Part shown: positions 1-11,190 of the stretch, in pieces
How positions within the stretch are numbered: position 1 is the stretch's first letter
How the letters are laid out: the number at the start of each line of letters is the position of its first letter
NCBI RefSeq assembly: GCF_036321535.1
Contig: NC_087436.1
Location: 18,230,001 to 18,294,000, forward strand
Source of the DNA: Camelus dromedarius
Taxonomy: Eukaryota
Length of the DNA: 64,000 bases
Direction of reading: 5' to 3'
Program-made: the position numbers and the translations under genes
The notes under the pieces: model-generated
Told to the model about the DNA's origin: nothing
Database searches by the model: none
Seen by the model: the letters and a program-made list of their open reading frames with translations, nothing else

Positions 1-3000
1 GAAGGGATGTAAAAGGCCATTCCATGCACATGGAAATGAAAGAAAGCTGGAGAAGCTATACTCTTACCAGACAAAACAGACTTTAAAACAAAGACTGTAA
101 TAAAAGACAAAAAAGGGCATTACATAACGATAAAGGGGTCAATCCATCAAGAAGATAAAATATGTAGAAATGTATATGCACTTAAAAGAGGATTAACCAG
201 ATAAATAGAGCAAATATTAATGAACATAAAGAAATTAAAGGCAATAATAATGGAGGACTTTAACACCCTATTTACAATGTATAGATAATCCAGACAGAAA
301 ATCAATACGAAAACGTTGAATTTAAAGAACACATTAGATCTGAAAAGATAAACAAAACTGACAAACCTTTAGCTATATTACCAAGAAAAACAGAAGACTG
401 AACTAAATAAAATCAGAGATGAAACGGGAAGTAACAACTGATACCCAAGAAATACAAAGACTCCTAAGAGACTACTGCAAACAATTCTATGCTAACACAT
501 TGGATAACCTAGAAGAAATGGATAAATTCCTAGAAACATACAATCTTCCAAGACTGAATCATGAAGAAATAGTAAATCTGAAAAGATCAACTACCAGTAA
601 GGAGACTGAAACAGTCATCAAAAATCTCCCAACAAAAACCCAGGCTGATGGCTTCACTGGCAAATTCTACAAAATGCTCCAAGAAGATGTAATACCTATC
701 CTTTTCAAACTCTTCCAAAAAATTGAAGATAAATCTTCCAAACACATTTTATGAAGCCAGCATTACCCTGATGCCAAAGCAGACAAGGACACCACAAAAC
801 AAGAAAACTACAGGCCAGTATTCTTGATGAACATAGATGGAAAAATCCTCAAAAAGTATTAACAAACTGAATCCAACAAAACACTAAATATATTAAAAGA
901 ATCCTACACCACAATCAAGTAGGATTTATTCCAGGAATGCAAAATTGGTTCAACATCCATAGATCAATCAACATGATATATCACATTAACAAAATGAAGG
1001 ATAAAAATCATATGATCATCTCAATAGACACCAGAAAAGTATTTTACAAAATTCAACATCCATTTATGATAAAAATTCTCAACAAAGTGGATACAGAAGG
1101 CATGTACCTTTACATAATTGTGGCCATATATGACTAACCCACAGCTAACATCATACTCCAATGGTGAAAAGCTGTAAGCTTTTCCTGTAAGATCAGGTAC
1201 AAGACAAGGATGCCCATTTCACCACTTTTATTCAACACAGTACTGGAAGTCCTAGCCACAGTAATCAGGTAGGAAAAAGAAATAAAAGACATCCAAGTCA
1301 GAAGAAAGAAGTAAAACTGTCACTATCTACAGATGACATGATACTATACACAGAAACCTCTAAAACCTCCACCAAAAACCGTTAGAATAAATGAATTCAT
1401 TAAAGACACAAGATACAAAATCAATATACGGAAATCTGTGGCATTTACACACACTAACAACAAACTACCAGCAACAGAAATTAACAATCTCATTTACAAT
1501 TGCTTCAAAAATAATGAAATACATGGAAATAAAAGTAACCAAGGAGGTAAAAGATCTGAAAACTATTATTAGACAATGGAAAGAAATTGAGGACACAAAT
1601 GTAAAGAAATTCCATGCTCATGGATTAGAAAAATTAATATTGCTAAAATGTCCATGCTACCCAGAGCAATCTACAGATTCAATAAAATCCCTATCAAAAT
1701 GCCAATGGCATATTTCACAGAACCAAAACAAATAATTCTAAAATTGTATGGAACTACAAAAGACTCCAAATAGTCAAAACAATCTTGAGAAAGAAGAACA
1801 AAGCTGATATTATTACACTCCCTGACTTCCAACTATACTACAAAGCTATTGTAATCAAAACAATATGGTACTGGAACAAAAGCAGACACACAGATCAATG
1901 GAACAGAATGGAGAGTCCAGGAATAAACCCTACATCTATGGACAATTAAATTATGACAAAGGAGTAAAAAAGATACCATAGAGAAATGACAGTTTTTTCA
2001 ATAAATGGTATTGGAAAAACTGGACAGCCATATGCAAACGTATGAAACTAGATCACTATCTTACACCACACACAAAAATTAACTCAAAATGGATTAAACA
2101 CTTGAATGTGAGAGCTGAAACCATAAAATTCCTAGAATAAAACATAGCTGGTAACCTCACTGACATCAATCTGAGCTATGTTTTTGTGGAGCTGACTCCA
2201 AAGGCAAGGGAAACAAAAGCAAAAATAAACAAATGAGACTACATCAGACGAAAAGAGCTGCACAGCAAAGGAAACCATTAGCAAAATGAAAAGGCAACCT
2301 ATTGAGTGGGAGACGATATTAGCAAGTCACATATCCAATGAGGCATAAATAGAACAAAATACAAAAAAATATCAAAATATGTGAAGAACTCATACAACTC
2401 AACAACAGAAACCCAATTTAAAAATGGGAACAGGATGTGAAGAGACATTTTCCAAAGAAGACAGAGATGGCCTACAGATACATGAAAGCAACATCATTAA
2501 TTATTAGGAAAACGCAAATCAAAACCCCAATAAGTTATCACCTCATACCTGTTAGAGTAGCTATAACCAAAGACAAAAAATAATAAATGCTGCAGAGGAT
2601 GTGGAGGCCAGGGAACCCTAGTACACTGCTGGTGGGAATGTAACTTGGTGCAGCCACTCTGGAAAGCAGTACGGAGGTTCCTCAAAAAATTAAGACTAGA
2701 ACTACCATATGACCCAGCTATTCCACTTCTGAGTATTTATCTGAAGAACACAAAAACACTAATTCAAAAAGATCCATGCACCCCAATTTTCACTGCAACA
2801 TTATTTACAATAGCCAAGATATGGAAACAACCTAATTGTCCATTGATGGGTGAATGGATAAAGAAGATGATTTCACTCATATGTGAAATCTGAAAAGACA
2901 AAACAAACAAAATGAAGCAAAAACAAACAGAGGGGAAGGGGATACAAAGATGGGTGAAATGGATGAAGGGGGTCACTGTGTGGTGATGGATGGTAACCAG

Positions 3001-3080
3001 ACTTGGCATGGTGATCACTTTGTAGTGTATAGAGATGTCGAATTACAATGCTGTACACCTGAAATTTACATAACAAAAAA
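1..3080 (+). mobile_element. Decayed LINE-1 (ORF2 from the endonuclease region through the 3' UTR), antisense to the host gene, with internal deletions
   Basis: ORF fragments 419..754 (LDNLEEMDKFLETYNLPRLN), 937..1137 ([16 protein letters not shown]) and 2645..2893 ([11 protein letters not shown]) are L1 ORF2 motifs. Many stops and frameshifts; A-rich end near 3071-3080. Confidence 0.95.
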
Positions 3081-5461
3081 GAGGTAGCAAGGAGATAAAT
3101 TTGGAGCAGGCAGGAGAAAACAGACACACAACACACACTGAACTTTCTTAGAGTTACTGTACTATTTCTAAGGAAATAAAAACACAGAATAAAACAGAAA
3201 GAAGTCTTTGGTTTTTCATTATCTTTTTGGCACTTAGCACCCTACCTCATATTTTCCTATTCCACAACAACTGATTTAGCCAAATCTACGCAGCTTTGAG
3301 GTTCATGAGATTATGAAATGCTATATGAAAATGATCAATAAGTCCTCTACAAAACAGTAAAAGAATTTTGGTAAAGATTTAACAGCTGCTCTATTTGAAG
3401 AAATCTAGCTAGATACCACATCCATTTCAGTTCCTATTAATCATCAACAGAGATCCTTAAGCAGTAACCAGAATTTTATTCTGCAAATACTAAGTTTAAT
3501 ACCATTAAATCACATATTACAAGGAAAAAAGATGAGCATTGTGTATGCAGTATGGCTAAACGTGCCAAGGTTAATTAAAGCCTTTGTTAAAGGAAAGATA
3601 CTAAGTGTTTTTAATTAAACTGGGGGGCGGGAGGTTGAAAAAAAAAAAAACATGACAAAAACCATATCTGATTTCTCTCCTATTTCATGCCAGCTAGGAT
3701 TCTCTGCTTCTAGGTCCATCCTTTTGGCTCATGCAAATGGCCTTGCAGACTTCTAATAAAGACTTTCTGATCTGCCTAGTGTTGAACCGAAACCAATTCT
3801 CAGTGTCTTCCAGAGTTAGTAAATCACAGTTTCATACTCTACTCGCAGAAGAAAGATACCACAAACCACTTTGTTCAATCAGATCCATGACTAAATCATA
3901 GAGCTGAAGAAAATCTCCAATCATCCAATCTAGTTCTTTGATCTTGGAAAATAGTCTACCTAACTTTGAAACAAAAACAATTTGTCCTGGATTTTATGAA
4001 GTCAAATTTAATTTGGACTACAGTGTAAATGGGATGGGGGGTGGGGAAACATATCTGCATTTAAATTTTTTATCAGACTCATAATAAACCAAAGAATTTG
4101 GAAAAATAATTCATACCTTAACCAAAACTAGGTAAGCATGGAAAATGACTCAACTGCCATCAGTAAGAAAAAACACATAAAAAGATTTTGAAAATTTCAA
4201 AAAGAGTTGACAATTAAATGACTCAGGCTTCTGAAAAACATTTAAGTCCTGGTGACAAGAAGAGATTTTTTTTTGTGGGGGGTGGGTAGAATGTTCAGTA
4301 TGTTAAGAGATAATCAATAACATAGTTTTTTAGTATTCCTTCCTTGTTTGCTTCCTTTCAAAAGCATTTTCCCCTCCTTTCTTTATTTATTTCCTTTTTC
4401 AGAATATGCAAAACCCAGACCCCGCTTTGTTCTCTCCAAAATAATTCTTTTTCACACAACTTGAGTTTCACTAAAGCTTAGCTACAAATAATGGGGATGG
4501 AGAAGGGATAAATAACAGATTTTAATTGCTTTATCTTCTGACCTCTGCGATAAAATAGTATCACTCCCTGATCAAATCATGGGCTTTTCTGATTCTGACA
4601 ACTTTCAAAAAAAAAACAAAACAAAGGCTGCAGTCAAGAAAGATTAATGTAAAGTTATAAAATGCAAAATGTAGACTAAAACATCATATAAATAGTGAAC
4701 ATCCAACTAAAGGAGTTAAATATTTGACAATCTTCTTTCTCCTTTTCTAATTAAATATTTTTAAGAATTATTACATAGTGTAAAAATTAGGAAAGCTGTA
4801 ACTGTATACCATTTTGAGCATTCCCACGTGACGTGGGGCCTAACATTAGTAAAGGGTGAACTGTTTCTGGAAAGAAAAAAAAAATGTGCTAAATACTTCA
4901 GCAGCTTCCTACCCATTAATAATCACTCAGCAACCCAATGATCAAAAGTTTAGTACAGTACGTACACAGGACTGGATATTACGACTTGATTCCTAAAAAC
5001 ACCCCCAAAGTTGATGTGACTCTAAAATAAAAGGTCCCTCTTTGGTCATTTCCTTTATGAAATAAGAGTCAACTCAGTGTTGCTCAAGAACCGGTGGGCC
5101 CATGTAGGTATCATCTCATGTCTCCTTGATTTTTTTCCCCCTCCTACTTTCCAACATTTGCCTTATTCACTATTATTTAACACTCCCACCGGAAGACAAG
5201 TGAGATATAAGAAAAGGTGCAATTCAAACCAGTCAGTTTTACTCCTTATTAGCAACTCTGCTGAGAAAGAATGAAAGTGAGAAAAAAGAGAATAAAAAGT
5301 TAGCTGAGCTCAGAACCTGAAACTAACGTCTAAAAAGAAGCTTTAAAATTACAGGTTGACTTTAATAAATCATGCCCTGCCTCTGGAAAATAAGGACCTG
5401 ACTGTAAAACTTGTGTTTGTATCATATGCATGCATGTCTTGAACAATTTAAAAGAATACCG

Positions 5462-5630
5462 GGCAAAGGGAACTATACTCAGTATCTTGCAGTGACTATG
5501 GTGAAAAACAATATGAAAATGAATATATGTATGTTCATGTCTGATGAAGCATTATGCTGTACACCAAAAATTGACACAATATTGTAAACTGACTATACTT
5601 CAATAAATATATGTATGCACAAGAGAAAAA
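5462..5630 (+). mobile_element. 5'-truncated L1 3'-UTR tail (lineage-specific family)
   Basis: gggaactatactcagtatcttg...tgctgtacacc...gactatacttcaataaa, shared with other copies in the window; aaaagaat on both flanks. Confidence 0.85.
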
Positions 5631-6631
5631 AAGAATGTCAGAACATCTTAGCCCTCAGTGTCATTACCAGAGGCATTTGCACCCTCCTGCACAGACCTGA
5701 GAATTAGTTAAAGACAGCTGTCCCTTGCTTGCATGAATCTCTGGGTATTAGCTTTGTGGACCTTTGATTATATAGCTGCCTGTGATGAAGGCACTGAATT
5801 TATTTCTATCCTCATTTCCTTCCTCCTTTTGACAATCATCTCATACCTCCAAACCAATAAAACCTCGTCAGCTTAGATGGTACCCTCCACATCAATAACC
5901 ACATGATTATACATCGGCAGCTGGTGGTCTCGACAAGGCACTCAGTCTTGTTTTGTAGGAATCAGAGCTTACAATTCCAATTTCTAGGCACTCTGTAAAA
6001 AACGAGGCCATTTGGCAATACTGAGAGAAGGTGGCCACATGACCATGAGTTGGAAAAGGGCAGCATGGACAGGGAGTGAGGACTTCCATTTATCAGAGTC
6101 CCACCGCAGCCCAGTTCACTCTTCCTCGCCGCCGAAGGTGGTCGACCTGCCACCCCGCCATACGGTGAGATGCCTGCCTGAAGAGCAAGTCGGAGGAACG
6201 GGGCAAGTATGGTGCAGGAGCCACAGACCTCAGTGCCACGGGGCCCTGTGCCTTTGATCCCAATGCATTTCACATCAGACTCGACCTGCTCCTCTCTCAA
6301 AGATTTGCTTTAATTTTAGTTTCTCTTCCAGTTTGTCTCAGGGTTATGTAACCTCACAGGAGGTCACACAAGTCTCCCAAAAAAGAAATTTAAGCTGTCT
6401 TTTCAAAATAAAAAAAAGCACCATGCATAACAAAGACAAACACAAAACTGAAACTTGCCTTCTTCCCCTGACAAGAAAGCTTTACCCTCCCTGTTAATCT
6501 CCAAAATTACAATCTTAAGGGGAAAAGAAATGAAAACACAAAGGATGGAAGACCGTGGCCTGCCCTGGGGATGCAGGCTATGCCGCACTCCCAACGCACC
6601 ATCAAGAAGAAGAATGTAATTAACATCTTAC

Positions 6632-6782
6632 CCTCTTCCAGCTCAAGACAAAGATTATACACGGCCACAGGTCGCTTAGTCCTCTGGCCTTGTCTCTTCG
6701 ATTGCCTTGGTGGAGCATTTGGGGGCGACACTGACAGGGAGACTGGCTCAGGGAACGTGGCATCAGGCAGGGTCCGAAAAAT
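6632..6782 (-). CDS. ARHGAP10: ARHGAP10 internal coding exon (151 nt): IFRTLPDATFPEPVSLSVSPPNAPPRQSKRQGQRTKRPVAVYNLCLELEE(G)
   Basis: tgatggcag|ATTTTTCGG...GAAGAGG|gtaaga. Phase-0 start fits the previous exon. SPPNAPPRQSKRQGQRTKRPVAVYNLCLELE is recognised as ARHGAP10-specific (not ARHGAP26/42 or OPHN1). Confidence 0.95.
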
Positions 6783-7883
6783 CTGCCATCAAAACACAAA
6801 GGACATTAATTGTTTTCCATGAGCAGAAACCTGGGTAATTCAACAATACACCAGTATCAGACAACATTTGATTTGGAGTTCACCCAAAAGGGACTGGAGC
6901 CAAAAACCCGTTCCTTCACATTTGGGGTGTAAGTCATGAGTCTTTTTTTTTTTTTTTTAACAGGAGATTCCAAAATAAAATTTCTCATTAAAATTAAGTA
7001 AAGGCAACATCAAATCATTATCCTTCAAAATAAACCCACACCCAAACCAAACAGGCGTCATCATCTTCACCAGATGGAGGCAATATCACAGCTCTTCATC
7101 CATAAAGGAAGTAACCAGGATAAAACGCTGAAAACAAATATCCCACTAAATGTCACACAGGGTTATATTTATGACAAAATGCTATTCTCAATTTTTTTTC
7201 AGACTACGTAAACAGAAACATACGACTGCAAACATTTTTTACACGTTTAAAAATAGCCTGTGCTTATGAAATTACCTTTCAAATTCCCACATACGTTTCT
7301 ATTAAAACACTTTGTGGATTTTATCCATTTGTTTAATGGCCGCCAACTTCTCTTGAGCATCTCCCCTTCATTTATGACACCTAGAATGTCAACACCTTGC
7401 TCATCTATAGTGTCATTCCTCTATCAGCAATGACAATGTGAATTAAAATGTGCTGCCTCCTTGCTTAGCAATTTTTTTTTTCCTTTTGAGAAAAGCCAAC
7501 TGTGCCACACAGGGAAGGATGTCATACAGAGGTGACTTAGAGTTTCCACGGCTGCCAAGACCTGAGTTCAGAAACCTCCCCTCCCCAACGACACTGGAGT
7601 CCTTTCAGCCTTCAATAAAGTCGTTAACAGAAAATATTTGGACAACACCATAACAGACACTATCTCCGGAGGGCTGGCGTTCTAACAGTGGATGCAGAAA
7701 GAGCTCCAGCTAGCATTAAACAAAACTGAAATGTAAAACTCACAATAAAAGGCACCGTTTGAAAGTCCCACTGTTTCAAGGAGATTATCCTTTATGTATT
7801 TGAATAAAAACAAGCACGTGACCTGTGTATATAACTGAGGGTATTGCTTACATACATGTAGCACATTTAATAAGTAGCCAACA

Positions 7884-8012
7884 GGGGGAGGGTATAGCTC
7901 AAGTGGTAGAGTGCATGCTTAGCATGCACAAGGTCCTGGGTTCAATCCCCAGCACCTCCTCTAAACATAAATAAATGAATAAACCCAATTACCTTCCCAC
8001 TCAAAAAAAAAA
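7884..8012 (+). mobile_element. tRNA-Ala-derived SINE (camelid Vic-1 type)
   Basis: A box tagctcaagtgg, B box ggttcaatcc, AT-rich tail. TSD ttaataagtagccaac (7867-7882) / ttaataactaaccaac (8013-8028). Confidence 0.9.
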
Positions 8013-8949
8013 TTAATAACTAACCAACTGGTCAGAATTAGAATCACAGCCTAAAAGTCCTCATGTAGAAACTACCATATACCATAATAAAAATAAACAA
8101 CTTCAACAGAGCATTTCCTTTATAGTACCATACTGCCCCCTCATGTGGAAACAGAATTTAAAAATGGTTTAAATTACTGCAGACAAATATTTGCTAGTGA
8201 AAATTTACTTTAGTGCTCCAGCTGGTAACCTGCTCTTCCCATATTTCCACAGACTCTGTGTTCCAAGAGGGCACTCCAGCAAACAGCAAACGACTTCTCT
8301 GCCTTAAAAAATCCTCTGCCGTCTAGACTATCATCCACAGCTGGATTTATTGCCATCTGTCATTGTTCACATTACAGAAGGTTGTGGAGCGGTGGGCACA
8401 GGAGAGTAGTCAGGCTGAGAAGAGGATGACAGTGATGAAAAAAAGAAAAGATAGGAAAATTTAATTCCATGGAAAGAAACTAGCATGTGTGTGTGACCCA
8501 CACTGGGAATGGCTCGTAGACTTACTTACGTTTGATCTTTACAAATATAGTACAGGCCTCTGGAACGATACTGGAATAGGAAACCGAACAATATACAGAG
8601 TGAGGACACCCAAAGCTTAAACTAGCTGTGGAAAAATTATATCCTAAGTACCGGCCCTGGATAGCTGATACCCCTCTGAGCAAAGATCACACAAACTGGA
8701 CTGATGCAAACGCTGCCAATCATTTCCCCCAACCCTCCCCCTCCACCAGCACCACCACTCGGGGTGAGGGGGACAGGAGCAGGGTGTGGCAGCAGCCCCC
8801 GGCTGCAGAGCCAGACAACCAAGCACAATGGGAGTCAGGAGTGTGGCTCCTATGTTCCTTGGGGACTGATCAGAGGCACCCCAGAGTTGGGCCTACAGGA
8901 GTCCCAGGAAGACCTAGGCCATTGTTCAGTTCACATCAGAGTGCCTAGG

Positions 8950-9450
8950 AGAGTACTATTCAGCCAGAAGGAAGAAGAAAGTCCTGCTGTTTGCAACAAC
9001 ACGGATGAACCCTGACGGCGCTGTGTTCCATGGACTAAGCCAGACAAAGACGAGACTTCATGATCCCATTTATATGTGGAATAATAATAAAAAAAAAAAT
9101 CATAGAAACAGAACAGACTGGTGGTTGCTAGGGGTGGCTCGGGTAATGGGGGAAGGTGGTCAAAATATACAAACTTCTTCCAGCTATAAGATAAGTAAGT
9201 TCTGGGGATGTAGTGTCCAGCATGGTGACCGTAGTTAACAGTGCTGCATTATATATTTGAAAGCTGCTAACAGAGTACATCTTAAAAATCGTCCTCATAA
9301 GAAAAATAAATTGTGACTCTGTGAGGGTGATGGATGGTAACTAAACTTATTGTGGCAATCTTTTGCAATATACACAACTAGCAAACCATTATGTTGGACA
9401 TCTTAAACTAATACAATATTACGTGTCAATCACTTCTCAATAAAACTAGG
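8950..9450 (+). mobile_element. L1 3' end (older L1MA-like)
   Basis: tttgcaacaacacggatgaaccctga, aagataagtaagttctggggatgta and ctcaataaaactagg are L1M 3' motifs. Confidence 0.8.
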
Positions 9451-10530
9451 GGAGGGAGGATATCTGGGCATGGGGACTGGGCTTCAGTTTGAAGTTTAAA
9501 GCTACCCGGGTGGTTCTTTTGTGTGCTCAAGGCTGAGAAACCCCGAAATTCCACAGCATTCTGTCTTTGTCTTGGCTGGACCAAAGTATAGATTAAAACA
9601 CCAGAAAGATTATTTCAGAAAAATGGGGCACTGGACATCATGCAGTCAAGTGGAGCGTCCAAAGAGCCCTAATTAGGCATAAAATGCTTCAAAGACTCTA
9701 AAGACCAACCATCCCCTTAACACGCCCTATGCTGTATTAGCATTTCAAAGAGCTAACCTACCGTCCAGATCAGGGGGTTCCAAAGCACAGAAGCTGCTTG
9801 AGAAGACACTATCCTGGCTTTTGAGTCTTCTCGATGAGGGAGGCTTAGATACAGTAAAAATACTGTATCTCGTTTTCTCATTCAAATGAGGACCATAATA
9901 CATACATCTCAAGTTACTCCAACAAGTAAATGAGGCAGTATGTATGCAGTGTTTGGCACAATCCTTAGCACATAATAACCAGAAATAAATGGTAGCTACT
10001 GCATTTGTAGTATGATCACATCCAGTAAATAATAATAAAAATGGATGCAGACCCCTTATTACTTCACTCAACCACCATTTTGAGAGGTCACTAATTTCTT
10101 GGTGGCCTGGAATATTCCTCAGATTTAGTGTTTAGTTAATTGAAAGTGTCTGTGGAAAAGCTCACCAAACAATGGGCTACAGGGATGCAATAAATAGAGC
10201 CTCTTATCAAAACTCCCAAGTCACCTAGAATCACACAATTGTTTTGTGTGTCTACTTCTGCATTTCAGCACTGAAATTTGAGATTTAAATTACTTTCTCT
10301 CTCATTGAATACATTTAACATTTCATAAACACCTACTAGGTGGTAGGCTTTCTCTGAAGCACTTCAATATTCTCAAAAACTTTTGAGGTAAGAATTGTTC
10401 CCCACATTTTAAAACGATACAAGTGCAAAGACTGAACAATTAGCCCAAGTCGCCACCATTTGAAAATGGTACAGTTGGTACCCTAACTCTCAACTCTGAT
10501 TCCAAAGCCACTTTAAAAAACAAATAAAAT

Positions 10531-10888
10531 TTGCTTTCTATGTCTGTGGGTCCGTTTCTGTTCTGTAAATGAGTTCATTTGTGTCTTTTCTTCAGATTCC
10601 ACACATAAGCGATATCATGTGGTATTTTTCTTTCTCTTACGGCTACCAGTGGGGGAAGGGATAAATTGGGAGTCTGAGATTTGCAGATATTACTATATAT
10701 AAAAATAGATAAATAACAAGTTTCTACAGTATATGACAGGGAACTATATTCAATATCTTATACTAATCCATAATGAAAAAGAATACAAAAAGGAATTTAC
10801 ATATGTATCATATGACTGAAACATTATGCTGTACACCAGAAATTGACACAGCAGTGTAAACTGACTATACTTCAATAAAAAAAAAAAT
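10531..10888. mobile_element. 5'-inverted (twin-primed) L1 3' fragment
   Basis: 10531-10636 is L1 on the minus strand; 10637-10888 is the adjacent L1 3' UTR on the plus strand, ending in AATAAA and poly(A). Confidence 0.85.
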
Positions 10889-11022
10889 GTAATCCTCAAG
10901 GGAAAAAAAATCACCAACTATACTGTTCTGTATCTGTTTAGAAAAAATAAAACTGGAGAATTATCTATACAGGCTCACCATCATCGTGCTATGTTCTCCT
11001 AGATGTTTCAAGAATGCATCAC

Positions 11023-11190
11023 TTTTTTTTAAATGTTTTTTTATTTTTTTTTATTATTGCATTATTTAATTATTTTATATGTGGGGAGGTAATTAGATTT
11101 ATTTATTTTTAGACGAGGTACTGGGGACTGAACCCAGGACCTCATGCATGCTAAGCATGTGCTCTACCACTTGAGCTATACCCTCCCCCC
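11023..11190 (-). mobile_element. tRNA-Ala-derived SINE (Vic-1 type)
   Basis: Reverse-complement head at 11190; TSD aagaatgcatcac at 11010-11022 and 11191-11203. Confidence 0.92.

Noticed and set aside
419..2893. Reverse-transcriptase/ORF2 ORF fragments as an active or novel RT system
   Set aside because: Ordinary L1 ORF2 broken by stops, frameshifts and deletions.
7884..7960. tRNA-Ala(AGC)-like genes here and at 11.1, 15.3, 20.2, 43.7, 45.5, 55.7 and 59.8 kb
   Set aside because: Each has a SINE AT-rich tail, usually a TSD, and independent mutations. They are tRNA-derived SINEs, not tRNA genes.
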